From: Planctomycetota bacterium
Lineage (GTDB): Bacteria > Planctomycetota > UBA1135 > UBA2386
Reading direction: 5' to 3'
Length of the DNA: 51,108 nucleotides
NCBI GenBank assembly: GCA_049889335.1
Contig: JBMHDP010000068.1
Location: forward strand, 1 to 51,108
Part shown: piece by piece, positions 22,818-31,252 of the stretch
Layout: each line of letters opens with the position of its first letter
Position numbering within the stretch: the stretch's first letter is position 1
Program-made: the position numbers and the translations under genes
The notes under the pieces: model-generated
The model's input: only the letters and a program-made list of their open reading frames with translations
Database searches by the model: none
What the model was told of the DNA's origin: nothing

Positions 22818-24673
22818 CGCGACTGAGCCTTAGGGTGCTGCTCCGCGGGAGCGACGAGGACGTGCAGCTCGAGTGTCTGCGGCGCTGGTGCGGCGAGGAC
22901 GACGACAAGAAGCTGCGTTCGCGCGCGGGCAAGCCGGTGCTCGGCCGCGCCAGCAGCGCCATGGAGGACGAGGCGCTGGTCCTGGAGCGCATGACGGCGC
23001 TGCCGCGCAAGCTGCAGGACCTCCTGGACGTGTTCTTCGAGCCGGGGGCCGCGGTGCGCACCGTGCAGGAGCTGTTCCAGGGCTACGGCGCGAACTTCAA
23101 GAGTCGCTTCGACCTCGAGGCCTCGCTCGCGGCGCTCCACCGAGAGGCGTTCCTCTGGCCGGTGCGCGACAAGCGCTGGGCGCACTTCGACAGCCCGGCG
23201 TGGGCGGCCCCGAGCGAGCTGGTCGAGTGCGTGCTCGCCTACCGGGAGCGTCGGGAGCGGCAGCTGCCCGACACGCTGACGCTGCAGGGATTCCTGCAGG
23301 CGCGCTACTTCCAGAAGCACAAGCAGGACGCCGGCACCCAAGAAGAGAAAGAGCAGCGCGCCGCCGACCACGCCAGGAAGATCTACAAGCTCTACACGCT
23401 CGAGGCGGCGATGCAGCAGCGGCTCGACAAGCTGCCTGCGCACGTGCGCGCGGTGGTCGAGGCGACGCTGTACACGCACGGCGGGATCGCGTCCTACGAG
23501 GAGTTGGTCAGCGAGGTCGACGGCGCAGCGCCGCCGGACTTCGAGTTGTTGGGCAAGAGCCTGGAAGAGTCGATGCTGGGCACGACCGCGAACCTCGACG
23601 TCTCGCGCGTCGGGATCCAGCCCTACCAGCAGGGCGTCGTGGTGTTCCACGAGGTCGCGCTGTGGGCGCTGCGGCGTCGCACCGACGAGCAAGAGGTGGC
23701 GGTCGAACAGGAGCTCTGCGCGCGGAGCGACCTCGCCACCAACGTCTGCAAGTTCCTGCGGGAGCTGCAGCAGAGCAAGGTGCTGTTCACGGCCGAGGGG
23801 GAGCTGTTCAAGGCGTCGGCCAAGCGGATCGCGGGGGCGCTCTTGTCCATCCCGGGCGGGTTCCTCCCCGCGGAGTCGCAGCTGGAGGTGATCTACCGGT
23901 TCTGCCTGCAGCGGCGGCTCATCGATCGACGCGGCGAGCGCGCGCTGCGGCCGACGACGACCGGGCTGCAGTTCGAGCGCGCGTCGCTCTCGGACCAGCT
24001 CAAGCTGCTGCTCAGCCACTTCGTCGAGGAGCGCACCCTGCCCGGCGAAGCGTTCCACCACACGAGGATGCGGCGCGTGCTGCTGCGGCTCCTGAAGCGC
24101 GGCGAGCCGCTGCGCTGGGGCGACGTCGCGACGCTCCCCTTCCTGACCCGTAACGCCTATCTGTCGCAGCTGGACACGGCCGCCGCGGAGGAGTTCTTCG
24201 CGGCGCGCTTCCAGGGCGGCGCCTACACGCCGAGCGAATCGCTCCAGCAGATGGCCTGGAACCTGCTCGTATGGATCAAGAAGCGGCTCTTCCCGCTCGG
24301 CCTCGTGGACATCGGGACGCAGGGCGGCCGCGTCACCGCGCTGCGACTTTCACGTCTGGGCGCTGAGCTGCTCGACGCGGAGATGTCCACGAAGGTGGGC
24401 GGCACGCGGTGTTCGGTCATCGTGCAGCCCGACTTCGAGGTCCTGGTCTTCCCGGGTGACGACGAGCACGAAGTGCTGCACCTGTTCGACCGGTTCGCGG
24501 CCCGCGTCAAGAGCGACCACGTCTACCACTTCCGGCTCGACCGGGAGAGCGTGCAGGCAGGCGTCGAGGACGGCCTCTCCGGTCCGCAGATCGTGCAGGA
24601 GCTCAGCGATCGCGCGCGCGTGCCGCTGCCGCAGAACGTCCTCTACAGCCTGGAGGACTGGACGCAGTCCTAG
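22814..24673 (+). CDS. XPB-associated helical protein with a C-terminal XPB-NTD-like (p52/Tfb2 clutch-like) domain
   Basis: 619 aa. The GTG start overlaps the XPB stop (GTGA). The protein is mostly predicted helical. Its C-terminal ~85 aa (VIVQPDFEVLVFPG...YHFRLDRESVQAGVEDGLSGPQIVQEL...PLPQNVLYSLEDW) aligns by eye to the XPB N-terminal domain of the preceding gene. Confidence 0.7.
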   Translation: MTRLSLRVLLRGSDEDVQLECLRRWCGEDDDKKLRSRAGKPVLGRASSAMEDEALVLERMTALPRKLQDLLDVFFEPGAAVRTVQELFQGYGANFKSRFDLEASLAALHREAFLWPVRDKRWAHFDSPAWAAPSELVECVLAYRERRERQLPDTLTLQGFLQARYFQKHKQDAGTQEEKEQRAADHARKIYKLYTLEAAMQQRLDKLPAHVRAVVEATLYTHGGIASYEELVSEVDGAAPPDFELLGKSLEESMLGTTANLDVSRVGIQPYQQGVVVFHEVALWALRRRTDEQEVAVEQELCARSDLATNVCKFLRELQQSKVLFTAEGELFKASAKRIAGALLSIPGGFLPAESQLEVIYRFCLQRRLIDRRGERALRPTTTGLQFERASLSDQLKLLLSHFVEERTLPGEAFHHTRMRRVLLRLLKRGEPLRWGDVATLPFLTRNAYLSQLDTAAAEEFFAARFQGGAYTPSESLQQMAWNLLVWIKKRLFPLGLVDIGTQGGRVTALRLSRLGAELLDAEMSTKVGGTRCSVIVQPDFEVLVFPGDDEHEVLHLFDRFAARVKSDHVYHFRLDRESVQAGVEDGLSGPQIVQELSDRARVPLPQNVLYSLEDWTQS

Positions 24674-24779
24674 GTCGCGCCGGGCGCCGAAGATGCGGTG
24701 GCACCGGGGCCTGCGGGGCGCGGGGATTTCTGGTGCAGCGAATGCCGATATTGGCCATTGTTCGCAGCCGCGCGCCACG

Positions 24780-26243
24780 ATGACCCCGTCCCCTCTCAAC
24801 CCATCGCCCGAAACGCTCGTGCTCGGCGCCGGGCCTGCCGGGCTCGCGTGCGCGATGGAGCTCTCGCGCGAAGGTCGACGCTGCACGATCGTCGAGCGCG
24901 ACGATCAGATCGGCGGGCTCGCCAAGACGCTGACCGTTCGGGAGGGGGACGACGTCTTCCTCACGGACATCGGGCCGCACCGGTTCTTCTCCAAGAACCA
25001 GTATCTCTACGACTTCATCGAGGACCTGCTCGCCGAAGAGTGGCGTCGGGTGCCGCGCCTGACGCGCCAGTTCGTCGACGGCAAGTACTACAACTACCCG
25101 GTCAACTTCAGCCAGGTGGTTCGGAACATGGGCCTGTGGAAGAGCGCGCGCGTGGGGCTCGACTACTTCCTGGCGCGGCTTCGCTACGACGTCTTCGGCA
25201 AGCCGCTGAAGACCTTCGAGGACTACGTGGTCGCGAACTTCGGTCGGACCTTGGCCGAGTTCTCGATGATCAACTACAGCGAGAAGATCTGGGGGATCCC
25301 GTGCGCGGAGATCCACCCGGACTGGGCCAAGCAGCGCATCAGCGGCCTGAACCTCGTCAGCGTGCTCAAGAACGCGATCGGCCTGGGCGGCAAGAAGGGA
25401 CCGAAGTCCCTGGTCGACGAGTTCTACTACCCGCAGTTCGGCACGGGTCGGATCTACGAGGCCATCGGCGCGCGCCTGCAGCAAAAGGGCACGGAGATCC
25501 GGACCGGCAGCCGACCGCTTCGCGTCCGGCACGACGGCAAGCGCGTGACGGAGGTCGATGTCGAGACGCCCGAGGGCGTGCAGACGCTGCGCCCCGAGCA
25601 CGTCGTCGAATCGGTCCCGCTGACCGCGTTCCTGGACCTGCTCGATCCCAAGCCGCCAGCGGCGGTGCTCGAAGCGGCGCGCGGGCTGCGTTGGCGGAGC
25701 CAGGTCTACCTGTTCCTGACGCTCGACAAAGAACAGGTGACGCCCGACAACTGGATCTACTTCCCGCAGAAGGACATCCCGTTCGGTCGGACGTCGGAGA
25801 TGAAGAACTTCAGCAAGGACATGTGCCCCGAGGGCAAGACGTCCTTCTTCATCGAGTTCTTCGCCTTCGAAGACGACGAGCTCTGGACGATGTCGAAGGA
25901 GCAGCTGCTGGACAAGGTGATGCCCTACTTCGAGGAGTGGGGGTTCTTCACCCGCGACGAGATCCGGCAGGCCTACCTCTGGAAGCGTCGGCACGTCTAC
26001 CCGGTCTACGACACGTCCTACAAGGGCAACGTCGAGACCATCCGTAGCTACCTGGACGAGCTCGAGAACCTGATCTACGTCGGGCGGCCGGGCCGCTTCC
26101 GCTACACGAACCAGGACCACAGCCTGGAGATGGGGATCATCGCCAGCCGCATGATCCTCGAGGGGCGCCGCTACGACATGGACACGGTGGGCTCCGAGAA
26201 CGAGTACTTCGAGAAGGGGCCGATCTACGAGAAGCGGATCTGA
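24780..26243 (+). CDS. FAD-dependent oxidoreductase (amine oxidase / UDP-galactopyranose mutase-like fold)
   Basis: 487 aa, counted from the ATG at 24780. Motifs: dinucleotide-binding N-terminus LVLGAGPAGLACAMEL...VERDDQIGGL, and the NYSEKIWG motif typical of this family. Substrate unknown. Confidence 0.8.
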   Translation: MTPSPLNPSPETLVLGAGPAGLACAMELSREGRRCTIVERDDQIGGLAKTLTVREGDDVFLTDIGPHRFFSKNQYLYDFIEDLLAEEWRRVPRLTRQFVDGKYYNYPVNFSQVVRNMGLWKSARVGLDYFLARLRYDVFGKPLKTFEDYVVANFGRTLAEFSMINYSEKIWGIPCAEIHPDWAKQRISGLNLVSVLKNAIGLGGKKGPKSLVDEFYYPQFGTGRIYEAIGARLQQKGTEIRTGSRPLRVRHDGKRVTEVDVETPEGVQTLRPEHVVESVPLTAFLDLLDPKPPAAVLEAARGLRWRSQVYLFLTLDKEQVTPDNWIYFPQKDIPFGRTSEMKNFSKDMCPEGKTSFFIEFFAFEDDELWTMSKEQLLDKVMPYFEEWGFFTRDEIRQAYLWKRRHVYPVYDTSYKGNVETIRSYLDELENLIYVGRPGRFRYTNQDHSLEMGIIASRMILEGRRYDMDTVGSENEYFEKGPIYEKRI

Positions 26244-26293
26244 GCGTCGCATCGTCGCGCCGTTCTCCGCTCTCTCGCAGCCGCTCGCCGCGG

Positions 26294-26299
26294 TAGCAT
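26294..26299 (+). promoter_or_regulatory. candidate -10 hexamer TAGCAT, 8 nt upstream of the thiE ATG (leaderless mRNA?)
   Basis: The context is GCGGTAGCATCCGGGCCGATG. The same GGTAGCATC 9-mer recurs at 43514-43522. Confidence 0.3.
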
Positions 26300-26307
26300 C
26301 CGGGCCG

Positions 26308-26955
26308 ATGTCCGATCCACGGCTGCGCCTGACCTTGATCACGGACGGGGTCGGCGACCTCGCCAGGATCGAGGCCGTCGTCACCGGAGCGCTCCGGGGC
26401 GGCTGCCGCTGCGTGCAGCTCCGTGAGCGCCGGTGGTCCGCGCGAGAGCTGGCGCGGGCCTGCGAGCGGCTGCGTCCGCTGGTGGACGACGTCGCCGGGC
26501 TGCTGCTCGTCAACGACCGCGTCGACGTCGCCGCGGCGGGGCTCGCGCACGGCGCGCAGGTCGGGGCGCGCTCCCTGCCGTTCGACGCGGCGCGCGCTGC
26601 GCTGTCCGCCCCAGCGCTGCTGGGGGCGTCCGTCCACGACGCCGCCGAGCTGCGCGCCGCCGAGGCCGCGGGGTGCGACTTCGTCCTCCTCGCGCCGGTG
26701 TGGCCGTCGGCGAGCAAGCCTGGCCTCGGAGGGCTCGGCGTAGAGTCAGCGGGGGCGCTGACGGAGACGGCGAAGGTGCCCGTGATCTGGCTCGGGGGCG
26801 TCTCGATCGAGCGCGTCGCGGCGCTCCCGCGGCCGCGCCGTCCCGCCGGCTTCGCGGCGATCTCGGCGCTGATGGGGGCGGACGATCCGGAGCGGGCGGC
26901 GCGCGCGCTGTTGTGCGCCGGGCAGGACCGAACCCTGGACCCGGACCGCGGATGA
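26308..26955 (+). CDS. thiE: thiamine-phosphate synthase
   Basis: 215 aa. The pattern is ThiE-like (LTLITDG, VQLRER, LVNDRVDVA, GASVH, DFVLLAPVWPS..K), and thiL is nearby. Confidence 0.8.
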   Translation: MSDPRLRLTLITDGVGDLARIEAVVTGALRGGCRCVQLRERRWSARELARACERLRPLVDDVAGLLLVNDRVDVAAAGLAHGAQVGARSLPFDAARAALSAPALLGASVHDAAELRAAEAAGCDFVLLAPVWPSASKPGLGGLGVESAGALTETAKVPVIWLGGVSIERVAALPRPRRPAGFAAISALMGADDPERAARALLCAGQDRTLDPDRG

Positions 26956-26970
26956 ACGGATGCTGCTCGC

Positions 26971-27417
26971 GTGGACGACGCGCGCGCGCCAGCAAACGAA
27001 GGAGGGCAGGGAGACCAGCCGGAGCTGCGCGATCTGCTGCCGCAACGTCTCGCCCGCTGGGCGCGCCGCGCGACCCTTGTCCTGGGGCTCGGGGGCGTCG
27101 TCGTCGCGCTGCTCAAGCTGGACACGTGCTGGGTGGCGCCCGGCATGAACACCGTCGAAGAGATCCCGGCCGGGTCGTGGCTGCTGTTGGATCGCTGGTG
27201 CAGCGGGCTGCGCGTCGGCAGCGACGTCGTCGTCGCGACGCCGCACGGCGAGCTGGTCTCGCGGGTCAGCGCGGTGAGCGACGGGGTCGTCTCGATCCGT
27301 CACCCCAACCCCGACGCGACCTGGGGAGACAGCCGCTTGTTCGGCCCGCTGCCGCGGGAACAGGTCCGCGGCACGGTCCTCGTTGCGTTCGCCCCCGGCG
27401 GCGCGGGAGCGCGCTGA
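26971..27417 (+). CDS. S26 signal-peptidase-I-like protein, catalytic Ser/Lys apparently substituted
   Basis: 148 aa with an N-terminal TM segment (ATLVLGLGGVVVALL). The C-terminal box WGDSRLFGPLPREQVRGTVLV matches the S26 GDNxxxSxDSRxxG box. The positions expected for SMxPT and for the KRV lysine read GMNTV and SRV. Confidence 0.4.
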   Translation: MDDARAPANEGGQGDQPELRDLLPQRLARWARRATLVLGLGGVVVALLKLDTCWVAPGMNTVEEIPAGSWLLLDRWCSGLRVGSDVVVATPHGELVSRVSAVSDGVVSIRHPNPDATWGDSRLFGPLPREQVRGTVLVAFAPGGAGAR

Positions 27418-27418
27418 C

Positions 27419-28336
27419 GTGGGCGCGGAACGCGCGCTGACGGCGACGCTCCGGTCCTTCTTCCCGGCCCGCGCGGACGTCCACGTGGAGATCGGGGACG
27501 ACGCCGCGGTGGTCGACGCGCGGCGCGGCAAGCTGGCGATGTGCTGTGACCCGGTCGTCGAGGGCGTCCACTTCGAGTCGGGCGCCGCGCCCGAGCGGAT
27601 CGGGCGGAAGGCCGTGAACCGGAACCTCAGCGACCTCGCCGCGATGGGAGCGCGCGCCGACTGGCTGCTGGTGTCCTTGATCCTGCCGCACGACACGCCC
27701 CGCGCCCGGCTGCGCGGGCTCCTCCGCGGCGTGCGCGCGGCGGCGTCGGCTGCGGGCGCCGTCGTCGTCGGCGGTGACGTCGCGTGCGCTCACGGTCCCC
27801 TGACGGTGACAGTGTCTGCGACCGGCCGCGCGCCGGCGGCGCCGCTGCGCCGTGACGCGCTGCGCGTAGGCGACGCGCTGCACGTGACGGGTCCGCTGGG
27901 TGGCTCGATGGACGGGCACCACCTCGTGTTCCGTCCGCACCTCGCCGAGGGCGCGTGGCTCGCGAGGCAGGCGGCGGTGCGGGCCGCCATCGACGTCAGC
28001 GATGGGCTGGTGCTCGATCTGCAGGCGATGCTGGAAGCGAGCGGCGGACTGGGCGCGGAGCTCTACGCCGGCGCCGTCCCGGTGCGCGCCGCGGCCCGGC
28101 GCCTCGCGTCCGGCTGCGCGGAGCGGGCGCTGCACCGGGCGCTCTACGACGGAGAAGACCACTGCCTGCTCTTCGGCGCGCGGGCCGGCGCCGAGCTCGG
28201 CGCGGACGGCCCGCTCACAGCCCGGGCGCGGGTGCCGATCGGTCGCGTCGTCTCGGCGCCAGGCGTCCTGCTCGTCTCGCGTGGGGCGCGTCAGCAGCTG
28301 GAGATCTCCGGCTACGAGCACGGGGTCGCGCCGTGA
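27419..28336 (+). CDS. thiL: thiamine-monophosphate kinase
   Basis: The GTG at 27419 lies just after the upstream stop. Motifs: IGDDAAVV, DPVVEGVHF, IGRKAVNRNLSDLAAMGA, and VVGGDV, the AIR-synthase-related fold. Confidence 0.85.
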   Translation: MGAERALTATLRSFFPARADVHVEIGDDAAVVDARRGKLAMCCDPVVEGVHFESGAAPERIGRKAVNRNLSDLAAMGARADWLLVSLILPHDTPRARLRGLLRGVRAAASAAGAVVVGGDVACAHGPLTVTVSATGRAPAAPLRRDALRVGDALHVTGPLGGSMDGHHLVFRPHLAEGAWLARQAAVRAAIDVSDGLVLDLQAMLEASGGLGAELYAGAVPVRAAARRLASGCAERALHRALYDGEDHCLLFGARAGAELGADGPLTARARVPIGRVVSAPGVLLVSRGARQQLEISGYEHGVAP

Positions 28337-28836
28337 GCCGGCCCTCGGGCGACGAGGTCCGCCTCGAGCTCGACGCGCGCCCCGAGGCCACGGAGCGGGT
28401 CGGGCGCTGGGTCGGCGAGCGGCTGAAGGCCGGACAGACCGTGGCGCTCTGCGGCCCCCTGGGCGCGGGCAAGACCACGTTCGTTCGAGGCGTCGCGCAG
28501 GGCCTCGGGGTCGACGATCCTGCCGAGGTGCACAGCCCCACCTACCTGCTGGTCGTCGAGCACCCGGGCGAGGTCCCGCTCCTCCACGCCGACGCCTATC
28601 TGCCCGAGAAGCTGACAGGGTTCCTGGAGGACGGCGGGCTCGAGTATCTCCTGGACGCCGACAAAGTCGTCTGCGTCGAGTGGGCGGACAATGTCCATAA
28701 GCTATTGCCAGAAAGTGCCTTGTGGGTCCATCTGGGACACGGGGCCGGGGGCGGTCGATGGCTGCATATGCGCGGTAGAGCGCAAGGGGAGTTCCCGTGG
28801 CTGGCAGATCTGTCGACAATATTGGATCTGGACTGA
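28333..28836 (+). CDS. tsaE: tRNA t6A37 biosynthesis ATPase TsaE
   Basis: 167 aa. The GTG start overlaps the thiL stop (GTGA). Motifs: P-loop LCGPLGAGKTTFVRG, HSPTYLLV, and HADAYL. Confidence 0.8.
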   Translation: MSRPSGDEVRLELDARPEATERVGRWVGERLKAGQTVALCGPLGAGKTTFVRGVAQGLGVDDPAEVHSPTYLLVVEHPGEVPLLHADAYLPEKLTGFLEDGGLEYLLDADKVVCVEWADNVHKLLPESALWVHLGHGAGGGRWLHMRGRAQGEFPWLADLSTILDLD

Positions 28837-28859
28837 ACCCGGTCCGCCCCCCCGCCGTT
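28834..28859 (+). promoter_or_regulatory. candidate ECF-type promoter (TGAACC-N16-CGTT) upstream of the ECF sigma gene
   Basis: TGAACC lies at 28834-28839 and overlaps the tsaE stop codon. CGTT lies at 28856-28859. There are 17 nt between AAC and CGT. The element ends 21 nt upstream of the sigma ATG (28881). It resembles the generic ECF GGAAC/TGAAC...CGT architecture. Confidence 0.3.
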
Positions 28860-28880
28860 GCCGGATCGGCCGACGCGAAG

Positions 28881-29543
28881 ATGAAGACCCGGACCCGACA
28901 GCCTGCCCCGCCCGGTGGGGAGACGGACCTGCTCGCGCGATATCGCGACGGGGACGCCGACGCGTTTCGGGAGCTGGTCGAGGAGTACCGGGGCCGGATG
29001 CTGCAGTTCTTCTACCGGCTCTGCTGGGACCGGGACCGCGCCGAGGACCTCTGCCAAGAGTTGTTCATCAAGCTGATCGTCGGCAGCAAGCGCTACCGGC
29101 CCGAAGGGCGGATGTCGACGTTCGTCTACCGCGTGGCGACCAACCTTTGGATCGACCACTACCGTGCGCAGCGCCCGCGGCCGCGCATGTATTCCTACGA
29201 CCAAGCGGTCCGACCGGACAGCGACGACGCGCCGCGACAGTTCGCCGGCGACGACGTCGCGCCGTCCGAGCGACTCATCGACGGAGAGGAGCGCGCCGCG
29301 CTCCGTCGCGCGCTGGAGCGGCTCACGGAGCCGCACCGCCTGGTGTTCGAGCTCGCCGTCTACCAAGAGCGGCCCTACGGCGAGATCAGCGACTTGCTCG
29401 GGATCCCCGTCGGGACCGTGAAGTCGCGGATGCACAACGCCGTGCACGCGCTCAAGGAGATGCTGGGCAGCTCACGCGACGCAGGGGAGCACGGCGGCGG
29501 CCCCGCCGCCGAGGATCCGCGCCGCGCGGGAGGTGCTGGGTGA
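28881..29543 (+). CDS. ECF-type RNA polymerase sigma factor
   Basis: 220 aa, counted from the ATG at 28881. Region 2: FRELVEEYRGRMLQFFYRLCWDRDRAEDLCQELFIKL. Region 4: LVFELAVYQERPYGEISDLLGIPVGTVKSRMHNA. Confidence 0.85.
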   Translation: MKTRTRQPAPPGGETDLLARYRDGDADAFRELVEEYRGRMLQFFYRLCWDRDRAEDLCQELFIKLIVGSKRYRPEGRMSTFVYRVATNLWIDHYRAQRPRPRMYSYDQAVRPDSDDAPRQFAGDDVAPSERLIDGEERAALRRALERLTEPHRLVFELAVYQERPYGEISDLLGIPVGTVKSRMHNAVHALKEMLGSSRDAGEHGGGPAAEDPRRAGGAG

Positions 29544-31201
29544 GCGATCGTCACGGAGACGGCGAGCGCCGAGGCGACTGGGACCCGGTCGCAGACCTCG
29601 TCCGGCGGGCTGCGCAGCAGCTGGAACAGGGCGGAGGTGATGCGGGAAGCGGAGCCTCGGACGGCGATGTCTCGGAGGTTGCTGGCTGGGAGCCGATCGA
29701 CCTGCTCTTGGAGCAAGGGGCGCCGGCGGACCTCGCGCGGATGCGGGGCGAGGTCGCGGCCGACCCGCTGCGGGCGCTGGAGCTCGCGGAGACCGTGCAG
29801 TTCGTCGAAGCCTGTCGCGAGCTGGAGGTGGCGCCGAGCGCGCACTTCGCCGGGAAGATGCAGTCAGTGGTCGCGCAGGCCGAGCGTCAGGCCCGGCACC
29901 GCGGACGCCCCCGGGTGCCCCGTTGGCAACCGACCATCCTCTACGGGCTCGCGGCGGCGGCCTCGTTCTGGCTCCTCTGCGCGCTCGACGCGGGAGGGGC
30001 TACGTCGGCGGCGTCGACCATGGTCGAGCTCGCCGTGCTGTCCAGCGATTCGCCGAGCGAGCGGCCTCGAGCCGACCGTGACGCGGCGAGCGCGCGCGCA
30101 GATGTGCCCGCCGTCACGATTGAGGCGGAAGACATCGGGTGGCAGCGGGCTGTGCACCAGATCCAGCGTCGGCTCCAGGTCGAAGAGAGCGGGCACCTCG
30201 CCGAGGCCTTCGCGCGCGGTCTCCGCGGGGACCGCGCCGACCTCGGCAAGTGGCTCGAGCCTGCGAACGCGCTGACGATGATCCAGCTCGGGCACGAGCT
30301 CCGCGGCAGCGCAGAGCTCCGCGCCGCGGCGCTGCGCGCGCAGGGCCTGCTCCCCGAGGTCGACCGCCGCGTGCAGGCGCTCGCCGGAGAGGTGGCAGCG
30401 GACCTCGCAGTGCGCCCGCTCGCGCTGGACGAGGCGTCCATCGAAGGCTCGCTCGACGACGTCGCCTGGGGGACGCGGGCGCTGATCGGGGCAGGCTCCG
30501 GCGCCGGGCGGTCGGTCGCCATCGAGCGCAGCGCGGACTGGTTGACCCAGGTGATGGGCCGCGCGCACGACGCGCGGCTGGTCGTCGCGCTGTCGGGGCT
30601 GGTCGAGGTCGCGGCGGTCACCGGCCAGAGCTTCGACGACGTCGCTGCGCACGGCGCCCGGTTGGTGGATGAGGTGCTGGCGGTGGACGCCGAGAACTGG
30701 CGCCGTCGCCGACCTGCGCTGCTCGGCGTCGGAGTCTCGCCGCTGGTGCTGGGAGAAGCGGGGCGCGTCCTCTCCAGTCTGCCGGCGTTCGGCGTCGACG
30801 CGGACCGGTGCACGTTGGTGCGTCGACTGTGTCTCGGCAGGCTGCGAGAGCAGCGCGCCGCAGGACAAGACCGTCCTGAGGTGCTCGCGGCGATGACCTA
30901 CGGCTACGCCGACTTGTTGGATCAGGACGCTGGCGAGCGCGACCGGCTCAGCTGGGCGCTGCAGCGGTGGAAGCCGGCGCGGCTGGCGCCGGACTTCGCG
31001 ACGGTGCAGCAGATGGCCTGGAGCCTGGCGCCGGGGACCCGCGGCCACACGCGGATGCAGCGCGAGCTCCGGCAGCTCTCGATCCTGCCTGCTCCGCTCA
31101 AGCTCCGGGACCGCGCGGCCTTCTGCCTGTGTCTCGCGACGCACTTCGCGGGCTTCCTGCCAGGAACCACCTCGCAGGGGCGTCCGGTCCGGGGCAGCTA
31201 G
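29540..31201 (+). CDS. putative anti-sigma factor / membrane-spanning signalling protein
   Basis: 553 aa. The GTG start overlaps the sigma stop (GTGA). It has a single TM segment (ILYGLAAAASFWLLCAL) about 130 aa in, followed by a large helical extracytoplasmic domain. There is no ZAS HxxxCxxC motif. The call rests on position and topology only. Confidence 0.5.
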   Translation: MSDRHGDGERRGDWDPVADLVRRAAQQLEQGGGDAGSGASDGDVSEVAGWEPIDLLLEQGAPADLARMRGEVAADPLRALELAETVQFVEACRELEVAPSAHFAGKMQSVVAQAERQARHRGRPRVPRWQPTILYGLAAAASFWLLCALDAGGATSAASTMVELAVLSSDSPSERPRADRDAASARADVPAVTIEAEDIGWQRAVHQIQRRLQVEESGHLAEAFARGLRGDRADLGKWLEPANALTMIQLGHELRGSAELRAAALRAQGLLPEVDRRVQALAGEVAADLAVRPLALDEASIEGSLDDVAWGTRALIGAGSGAGRSVAIERSADWLTQVMGRAHDARLVVALSGLVEVAAVTGQSFDDVAAHGARLVDEVLAVDAENWRRRRPALLGVGVSPLVLGEAGRVLSSLPAFGVDADRCTLVRRLCLGRLREQRAAGQDRPEVLAAMTYGYADLLDQDAGERDRLSWALQRWKPARLAPDFATVQQMAWSLAPGTRGHTRMQRELRQLSILPAPLKLRDRAAFCLCLATHFAGFLPGTTSQGRPVRGS

Positions 31202-31252
31202 ACAGTTTTCGCTGGGTCCGCCGGAGCCGTCCGGCTTAACTCGCGCAGGTAT

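Noticed and set aside
24699-24714. Second sigma54-like element, TGGCACCGGGGCCTGC, in the spacer upstream of the FAD oxidoreductase gene.
   Set aside because: The GG-to-GC spacing is off by one, and the -12 element reads CTGC rather than TTGC. This is much weaker than the exact match at 49096-49111.
26244-26307. Possible TPP riboswitch upstream of thiE.
   Set aside because: The spacer is only 64 nt and lacks the conserved TPP-riboswitch elements (CUGAGA and the pyrimidine-sensor helix sequence). It looks like a simple promoter with a -10-like hexamer instead.
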